A stretch of 64,000 nt of DNA, from the NCBI GenBank assembly GCA_963920595.1, contig OY986948.1:4340001-4404000 (forward strand), in the 5' to 3' direction. The notes beneath the pieces were generated by a model, which saw only the letters and a list, made by a program, of their open reading frames with translations, did no database searches and was not told the origin of the DNA. The DNA comes from Eimeria praecox. Taxonomy: Eukaryota. A program made the translations under genes and the position numbers. This document shows, piece by piece, positions 55,026 to 64,000 of the stretch. Position 1 is the stretch's first letter, and each line of letters starts with the position of its first letter.

Positions 55026-56188
55026 TATTTGTTTATGCATGCAAGCATGCTGATGCTGGTTTAGGGGCCCTGGGATGTTTGTCTCTAAAAGAAGAAGCTT
55101 AGTTTGTATTTTATTAAATTAAAAATAAAACGAAGAAATCGATATAAACACAAAACACTTTCTATCCTTCTTCCTTCTGTTTGTTATTTTCGCTTCTGTC
55201 TGTCCTTATTATATTTTATTTGTTATTTATTGTTTGTTGTTTGTTGTTTGTTGTTTGTTGTGTTAGTTGTTTGTTCGTGTTGCTTTCCTTTGTTATGTTT
55301 TATCTTTCACCCTTTCCCTTAAGTTTATATTGTTTTATCTGTATCCCTAATCACGAATTGCCTTTAGGGTTTAGGGTTTAGGGTTTAGGGTTTAGGGTTT
55401 AGGGTTTAGGGTTTAGGGTTTGTGCAGGGGTATTGGCAAGCGGGGCATGGGCCTGTTTAGACGAGTTTAATCGTTTAGATTTGGAGGTCTTGTCTGTAAT
55501 TGCTCAACAACTCCTTCGCATGCATCAAACTCTTCTTCTATCTTCTACAAACCCAGCATCTGCTCACAAGCCCCGCGTAAACATACACACACACACACAC
55601 ACACGCACATGCATGCATGCATTCACACATGCATGCATGCATGCATGCAGAAACACATGCATGCATGCAGAAACACATGCATGCATGCATACAGACAGAC
55701 AAACAGACAGAAATACAGGCATGCATGCAGACAGAAACATTTCCATGCATGCATGCATGCATGCATGCAGACAGAAGCATATGCATGCATGCATGCATTC
55801 AAGCATGCATGCAGAAACACAGGCATGCATGCATGCATGCATGCATGCATCACGAATATTCGAGTTAGTTAGAAGTAGATAGTCATTCAAGTGGATTATG
55901 TTTTGTAAAAGTTGGGGCTTTGCATGCATGCAAGTAAAGATGCCTGTCTGCTGCTGCTGCCTACTTTGCTGCTGCATTTTGTGTTGTGGTCTGCCTTGCT
56001 GCTGCTGTTGCTGTTTGTGCTGCTAGTGCTGCTTGTGTTGCTCTTTATTTTGTTGCTGCTACTGTTGCTGCTGTTGCTGCTGATTATGTCGTTCTTTGTT
56101 CTGCTGCTGTTGCTGATATTGTTTCTGCTTTTGTTTGCTATTTTCTTATTTTGCTGCCTTTTCTGCTGCTGCTGCTCCTGCTTCTCCT

Positions 56189-56219
<31 letters not shown>

Positions 56220-57544
56220 TTGCTGCTGCTGTTGCTTGTATGCTACAGGAGGGTTGCGTGGGGAGTCTCAGCTGTGGTGTCTTCGCAACTCTAAACCCTA
56301 ATTATGGAGGACGTGCTGATTTACCTGAAAATTTACAATCTCTCTTCAGACCTGTGGCTATGGTGACGCCCGATTTTGAGGCAATCGCAGAAATTACAAT
56401 ATTCTCTCAAGGGTTTAAACACTCCAAAACCCTAGCTAACAAATTCGTCAAATTCTTCAAACTCTGCACCCAACAGGCAAAACCCTAAACCCTAAACCCT
56501 AAACCCTAAACCCTAAACCCTAAACTTAAAACTCTAAATCGAAAACCCGAAACCCTGGGAATAGAAATTTGGTTTCATGATCGTGTCTGCTTGCGCCTAC
56601 TACCTAGGGCATGACTGCAGTGGATTAGGGTTTAGGGTTTAGGGTTTAGGGTTTAGGGTTTAGGGTTTGTGGTCTGCAGCTGTCGCCCCAAATTCATTAC
56701 GACTTTGGCCTTAGGGCAGCCAAAGCGGCTCTGCTGAGAGCTGGAGAACTCCGGCGTGCAAACCCTAACAAATCAGAAGAAGCAGCTCTAGCTCAGGCTA
56801 TCCGGTAAGGGTTTAGGGTTTAGGGTTTAGGGTTTAGGGTTTAGGGTTTAGGTTTAGTTGTGGAGTCGCTTTGGATTAGCACGACGAGATACGCTTGGCC
56901 TGCTTCAGGTGTACAGAGTGACCTACGCGGTCAAGGGGTTAGAGTTTAGGGTTTAGAGTTTAGGGTTTAGGATTTAGAGTTTAGGGTTTAGGGTTTAGGG
57001 TTTAGGGTTTATGGGAACTTGTTGGGTGTTTGATTTTTCTGCTAAGGGATTCAAACGAACCGAAATTTACAGCCGAAGACAAACCCATCTTTCAATCTCT
57101 TCTCCAAGATTTCTTTCCTCAAGTCCTCGAGGAATCTGATAAAGATGTAGCTCTAGAACAAGCTATCGCCGAATCTATGAAGTGCCTTGAGTAGGGTTTA
57201 GGGTTTAGGGTTTAGGGTTTAGGGGTTAGGGTTTAGGGTTTGAGCCGCCGGATAAGTGCTCGGCGAAGTCTGCTTTCAGCCTTACCGTTGTGTATTATTT
57301 AGGATCCAGGGTATAAGTTGTAGGGTTTAGGGCTTAGGGTTTAGGGTTTAGGGTTTAGGGTTTAGGGTTTAGGGTTTAGGGTTTGTGGGTATGCAGCTTG
57401 GTGCCGCATGCGGAGGGCGTTCAGTTAGGGGTTTATTTGCGTCAGCTGTTGGAATCTCGTCGTGGCATTATTGTTTTAGGAGCAGCAGGAACAGGCAAGA
57501 GCAGCACAATTGCTGCTGCTGTTCATTCTCTCTCTTCTGAAGGA

Positions 57545-57579
<35 letters not shown>

Positions 57580-57884
57580 CGCTGACGCCGACACTGATGA
57601 AGGGGATATGGAAGTAGCGACAACAACAGACCCCACCCCCACCAACGCCAACACCAGCAGCAGCAGCAGCAGCAGCGACAGCAGCAGCAGCAACAACAAC
57701 AACAGCAGCAGCAGCAGCAGCAAAGAAGCTGCAGCATCAGGAGACCCCACAGAAGACATAGATGACGAGACAGCCGGCGATAACGACCTCAGCCCCCGTG
57801 ACAGCAGCAACACCACCATAACCACCACCCCGAAGAACAACAACAACAACAGCAGCAGCAGCAGCAGCAGCAACAGCAACAGCA

Positions 57885-57923
<39 letters not shown>

Positions 57924-59622
57924 GCAGCAGCTGGTGCAGCGGTGGGCTGCAGTGTCGAACAGTTAACCCCAAGGCAATTCGAAGTATTGAATTATTAGGA
58001 GTTTTTAATGAAGCAACAAAAGAATGGAATGATGGTGTTTGCAGCAACATTATAAGAGATTTTATTGCTGCATCTTCTTCAAATATAAATATAAATACAA
58101 ATATAAATATAAAAGATAAAGATAAAAATAAACAATTGCAATTACTTATATTCGATGGCCCTATCGATTGTCTTTGGGTTGAATCGCTCAATACTGTCCT
58201 CGATGATAATCAAATGTTATGCCTCCCCAATGGTAAAACCCTAAACCCTAAACCCTAAACCCTAAACCCTAATCCCGAAACCCTAAACCCCTAAACCCTA
58301 AACCCTAAACCCTGAGCTTTAAATCTAGGAGCCATAACTCTAAATCCTAAATCCTACACCTTAAGCCATTAAGCGTAAACCCTCAACTCTACGGCTTCAG
58401 CCCTAAACCCTAAACCCTAAACCCTAAACGCATAGCTACTAGGTTCTAGGGTTGCCCTGGTTGATTCATACGGCAACCTCCTCGACCGCTAAGGGATGCT
58501 GGTTAGGGTTTAGGGCCTAGGGTTTAGGGTTTAGGGTTTTCTATGTTTCACAGGCCAGTAATAGTAGTAGTTGTTGTTGTAGATCGCCTGGTGCTGATGA
58601 CGGGTTCTTTAGGGTTTGTGGTTTGTGGTGTAGGGTTTGTGGTTTATTGTTTGCGGTGTAGGGTTTGTAGATTAGGGTTTGTGGATTAGGGTTTGTTGCT
58701 GGTGGTTTGTGGTTTGTGGTTTGTGGTTTGTGGTTTGTGGATTAGGGTTTAGGGTTTGTGGATTAGGGTTTAGGGTTTGTGGATTAGGGTTTAGGGTTTG
58801 TGATATCTCTGTAATTGTTTGTATTGTATTTAATTATTAGGTGAGCGTATACGTCTAACTCCCTCGATTCATTTATTATTTGAAGTAGCAGATTTAGAAG
58901 CTGCCTCACCAGCAACCGTCAGCCGCTGTGGGATGCTCTTCCTTTCTCCTCAAGTTCTTAACTGGAAAATTATTATGGAAGCATGGATTAATAGGTTAGA
59001 TATACCCTCCTCCTCCTCCTGCTGCTGCTGCCGCTGCTGCTGCTAGTGTTGCTGCTGCTGTGGCTGCTGGTGCTGCTGTGGCTGCTGGTGCTGCTGGTGC
59101 TGCTGTTGCTGTTGGTGCTGCTGCTGCGCCTCGAAGGGGTGATGCTGCTGCTTCTGCTGTTGCTGCTGCTGCTGTTTCTCCTGGCGGTTGTGACGCTGCT
59201 GATGTTGGTGCTGCTGATGTGCTTGCTGTTGCTGCTGTTGGTGGGTGTCATGGTGCTGTTGCTGCTGCTGCGCATGCTGTTAGTGCTGCTGCTTCTGATG
59301 ATAATGGATTGGTGCTCCTGCTGCAGCAGCAGCTGCTGTTGCTGCTGCTGTTTTGCACTGCTGCTGCTGGTGCTGCTGCTTCTGCGGTTACTCCTGTTGT
59401 GTTGTTTATGCTGCCGCTGCATTGCTTAAACCCTAAACCCTAAATCCTAAACCCTAGACCCTAGACCCTAAACCCTAAACCCTAAACCCTTACGTGTTTG
59501 TGTTCAGAATGGCGGGTTTGGTTCCTCAAGAATTTCTTTCTACATTGAAGTTTTTCTTTGAATTATCCATCCCTCCTTGTTTAGTTTTTCTACAGTCTGA
59601 GGGCGCTGCTGGTGATGCGCTT

Positions 59623-59656
<34 letters not shown>

Positions 59657-62600
59657 GCTGTTCGCTGAGTGCAGAGACGATTGTTGCTTCGATATTTCGA
59701 ATGCTTGTAGCTTTGCTTGAACTGCCTATACACCAGACACCCCTAGACCCTAGACAAAAAGGAAACAGAGATTTGAATGACAACAAAAGTAAACCCTAAA
59801 CCCTAAACCCTAAACCCTAAACCCTAGGTGTAAACCCTAACAACAAACCTTAGCAGCCACCTCAAACCCTAAAGCGCTGTGGAAATTTCTAAGCCTATGC
59901 CTTAACCCTAAGATATATCTCTAAACCCTAACTCTAAACCCTAGACCCTAAACCCTAGTTTGGGGAGCACTTGAGAGGCAGCTGCGGGTTTTACTATTTA
60001 GGGTTTAAGGTTTATTGTTTAGGGCAAACAATAGGCAAAACGCGTGGGCCCATCTGGTGGCTACTACGATTTGGGGTTTAGGGTTTAGGGTTTAGGGTTT
60101 ATTTAGGGTTTGTGTTATTTGTTGCGTGAAGGTCGTCGGATGTCGCAACGGGCTAGCAGCGTACATGCAGAACGTTTGCGGTGTCTGTACACCCCAGAGG
60201 AATTAGAATTTCTATCAGCCCCTTGTTTTTTTTTCTGCTTTGTTTGGAGTGTGGGAGGGAGTGGAGCAGTGAGAGATTTGCATAATTTTTCTCGTTTTTG
60301 TGAAGAATTGTTTGAAGAGTTTATAGCATTACCCCCAGGAGCAGACGTACTTGATTTATGTTTAAATATTGAATTAAAATCATCAACAAGTTCAACTTGC
60401 TTACGAAATCGTTCAGGTGTACATACACCTGAAGATGATATCTTAGAAACCCCAACTGAAAAACCTTCTTCTAATAAAATACAACTTAAAGATAAACAAG
60501 CTATGGAGAAATCAAAAAGAAATAAATCTTTTTTTATACATTCAGAAAAATTAATACCTCAAAATATTAATTTTGATCCTCATCATAATTTTCATTCTCT
60601 ACTTATTGCATGCAAAGAAACTATTCGCATGCAAAACATACTTACCCTCCTCATTAAAGGAAAAATACCTGTACTCCTTAACGGTCCAATAAACCCTAAA
60701 CCCTAAACCCTAAACCCTAAACCCTAAGCCCTATACCGTGAACAATATAGAGATAGTTGCGACAGACGTGAGAATCGCAAAGTATTTGCATCGAATAGCT
60801 TGATGTACTTGCCCACATATGGGCCCAGAGCTGGGGGTTTAGGGTTTAGGGTTTAGGGTTTAGGGTTTAGGGTTTTGCGTGAGGGTTTAGGGCCTAGCGG
60901 GGCAGGGAAGACTGCATTGATGAAGGAGCTGCTGCAGCAGAAGCAACGCGAAGAAAACCTGCAGGTTATATCTCTAGGGTTTTCTTCACATATACAACCC
61001 GCAGCCTTGCAAGCCCTCCTCGAATCCAGGCTCGAAACCAAGAGAAAGGCCCTGGTCAAACCCTAAACCCTAAACCCTAAACCCTAAACCATGCGATATT
61101 GCCACTGGGGGGTATACGCAGTGAAGAGATAATTTAAGGAGCAGCCAAACCCTTTTCGGGGCATTGCCATCAGCCATATAGGGCTTAGGGTTTAGGGTTT
61201 AGGGTTTAGGGTTTAGGGTTTGTGGTGTGCAGCTTGGACCCCCAGCCAACCACGATTGCATTGTTTGGTTAGATGATGTAAATTTGCCTCTTCCAGACAA
61301 TTTTGGCTCTCAGCCGACGGCGGAGCTCATTAGACAAATTGAAGAATATAAAGTATTTAACAAACCCTAAACCCTAAACCCTAAACCCTAAACCCCAAAA
61401 CTTAAACCCTAACACCACAATCCCAGGCTGTAAAACCTGAAGATGGATGCATCAGCAGAGACTGAGTAGGGTTTTTGAGTGGGGTTTAGGGTTTAGGGTT
61501 TACTGCTAGCGGGCTCTCTCAATTCTGGGTCTTTAGGGTCTGGCTGCTTGGCTTTGTCCATTAGGGTTTAGGGTTTAGGGTTGCTCCCTTTAGGGTTTCT
61601 TCATTAGGGTTTAGGGTTTAGGGCTGTTTGTGTGTTTTTCGCTGTTTATCTACCCCGATTTGCGTAATCGCTGTTTACTTTATGTTTTCTAGGGTTAACG
61701 TGTTGAACTCGAGTGTCTAGGGTTTAGGGTTTAGGGTTTAGGGTTTCTATTATTTCAAACCTTTCTACTCCTTCTAGGGTTTGCATGCTTGTGTTTATTG
61801 TTTCTATTGTCTCAGTTGTGTGTATTGTTTCTAGGGTGTGCATGCTTATGTTTAGGGTTTAGGGTTTAGGGTTTACAGTTTAGGGTTTCGGGTTTCGGGT
61901 TTCAGGTTTCGGGTTTAGGGTTTAAGGTTTCGGGTTTCGGGTTTCAGGTTTAGGGTTTAGGGTTTAGGGTTTAGGGTTTTGTGTTGTTTGTTAGGGTTTC
62001 TACGACTTAAAACGCATGCATTGGAAGTCTGTAGAGAGAATATTCTTTATTCTTTCTTCAGCAAACCCCACAGCCAATCGTCCTGCTCTCTCTCCTCGGC
62101 TGTCTCGACACCTTCAGGGGGTTTTAGTAGCCGAAATTGATGAATTCTCAACACAACATATCTTCCAAACAATCCTAGAAAAACATTTCGAACTCATCGT
62201 AAACCCTAAACCCTAAACCCTAAACCCTAAACCCTAAACCCTAAGCCTTCATATAGACCGCATAAACACTCAAACTCTTGAAAGCCACACGACACATCTT
62301 TTAAACAATGCTAGAAAAACACTTTGAACTCATCGAAAACCCTAAACCTCAAACCCTAAACCCTAAACCCCAAACCCTAAGCTTCCCACATCGACCCTCC
62401 CAAGCCATCATAAGCCCTCGTAAACTCTTGTAAACCCTCGTAAACCCTTTGCAACCACCCAGTCTATCTTGTAAACCCTAAACCCTAAATCCTAGACCGT
62501 AAGCCATAAACTGTCATATAAACGCCCCTATAAACCCTTCTAAACCCTAATATACTCTTGTATACCCTCATAAACCCTTGCTAAGGCTTTAGGGTTTTGA

Positions 62601-63610
62601 TTCGGGGCTTAGGGTATAAACCTACGGGTTTAGGGTTTACGTTTCGTGCACTTGAAAGTAATTCCTATGCTAGGTGGTTGAAGTCTTAGGGTTTAGTGTA
62701 AGGCTCAGATGTTGGGGTTTAGGGTTTAGGGTTTAGGGTTTAGGGTTTAGAGGTGAGTGCGACAGTTAGAGGTACAAGGGTTTAGGGTTTAGGGTCTAGG
62801 GTTTGGGACGGAGTCTGCGTTTCTTTCAGGGAGCAAAGCAGGAGCTGCGCGTTCAAGCCAAGTCGATTGTCGATGCTAGCATTGGCAAGACTCTAAACCC
62901 TAACCCCAAACCCTAATCCCCAAACCCTAAACCCTAAACCCTAAACCCTAAACTGTAAAGCTCAAACTCGAGGTCATGAATTATTACAGTCTCCCCCTTC
63001 TTAGAGGAGCTTTGCACTTAGCACCTGTTAGAGGTTTGGGGTTGAGGGTTTAAGGTTTAGGGTTTAGGGTTTAGGGTTTAGGGTTTGAGGGGCTGCATGA
63101 CTCCACAGAGCTGTACAGAGAGGTGAAGACAACTCTACTACCAACGCCTTCAAGGCCAACATATTTATTTAGCTTCAGACATTTAAAAAATCTATTTCAG
63201 GGGCTCATCGCAGCAGATGCAGACGCGATTGCACCTAGAAATGCTTTTGTCAGGTATACTAAGGATCTAGGGTTTAGGGTTTAGGGTCTAGGGTTTAGGG
63301 TTAAGGGCTTAGGGTTTGGGTGTTCGCGGCCTTCGCATGCTAGACAAAGCATGGGAGATCCAACGATCAAGAGATTATGAATACGAACCTTGTTCAAGGC
63401 CCTACGAGTTAGAAATTAGGGTTTAGGGTTTAGGGTTTAGGGTTTAGGGTTTAGGGTTTAGGGTTTAGGGTTTGGGGTTTCAGGTTGTGGTTACACGAGT
63501 GCAAGCGAGTGTTTGGAGATCGTCTGATGAGCCGAGAAGAAAATGAATGGTTGGAGGAGTTGTTAAAAGATTTGGCGGGACGTCGTTTATATTATTCTGC
63601 TGCTGCTGCG

Positions 63611-63648
<38 letters not shown>

Positions 63649-63803
63649 GAAGTCTGGAAATTATATGAATTTGTGGGGAGATTGTTTTATTAACAGAGGC
63701 CAACAATATAGAGAAGCTCCTCCTTCAGATCAGCTGCTGCTGCTGCTGCAGAAGTACAGTGAAGAAGCTGTTAGCGTGTTGCATACAGGGGGGGATGGAG
63801 ACA

Positions 63804-63835
<32 letters not shown>

Positions 63836-64000
63836 AACCCTATTGTTTTCTTCCCTGAAGCAGCAGAACGTATTGTCGCACTGTGTAGACACCTCAAATT
63901 CAATCAAGGAAACATTATTCTTCTCGGAGTTGCAGCCACAGGCAAACAAACTTCAACAAGAATTGCTGCATGCATTCGGGGCTTTGTCTTGGTATATCAA
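42416..64000 (+). CDS. Axonemal dynein heavy chain (DNAH6-like inner-arm type), 5' partial, about 38 exons in the window, continues past 64000
   Basis: Spliced motifs: [20 protein letters not shown] (N-terminus), [30 protein letters not shown]1 [33 protein letters not shown]2 [40 protein letters not shown]3 GPSGAGKT, P4 GVAATGKQT. The first exons (42416-42475, 42849-~43167) are less certain. The subfamily call is from recalled N-terminal resemblance only. Confidence 0.95.
55607..55850. repeat. TGCATGCA octamer cluster in a dynein intron
   Basis: Tandem (TGCA)n with CAGA/AACA spacers. Also at about 20790-20810 and 36781-36805. Confidence 0.9.
60412..60433. other. Best copy of a dispersed pseudo-palindromic motif (TTCAGGTGTA-CA-TACACCTGAA)
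   Basis: Perfect 10-bp inverted arms with a 2-nt spacer. About 30 related copies lie across the window (see findings). Confidence 0.7.

Overview
Eukaryotic, intron-rich genomic DNA with the repeat signature of an Eimeria-type coccidian apicomplexan: CAG/CTG trinucleotides, interstitial AAACCCT/AGGGTTT telomere-like heptamers and TGCATGCA octamers. Most ORFs in the supplied track are microsatellite artefacts. Manual splicing gives nine gene models: a tubby-domain protein, ATP-dependent PEP carboxykinase, a small secreted hypothetical protein, an SNM1/PSO2-type nuclease, Rab11A, a coiled-coil hypothetical protein, POP5, a small membrane hypothetical protein, and the 5' part of an axonemal (DNAH6-like) dynein heavy chain running off the window. 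Three non-coding signals stand out. (1) Telomere-repeat arrays sit immediately inside both ends of most introns of SNM1, Rab11A and dynein, with polarity that follows transcription. (2) These introns show an excess of GC-AG boundaries and degenerate donors. (3) A dispersed pseudo-palindrome, AG(G/C)TG(T/C)nnnTACACC(T/C)GAA, occurs about 30 times upstream of genes, at splice junctions and inside exons in different reading frames. Exon coordinates were read by eye and may be off by a few bases.
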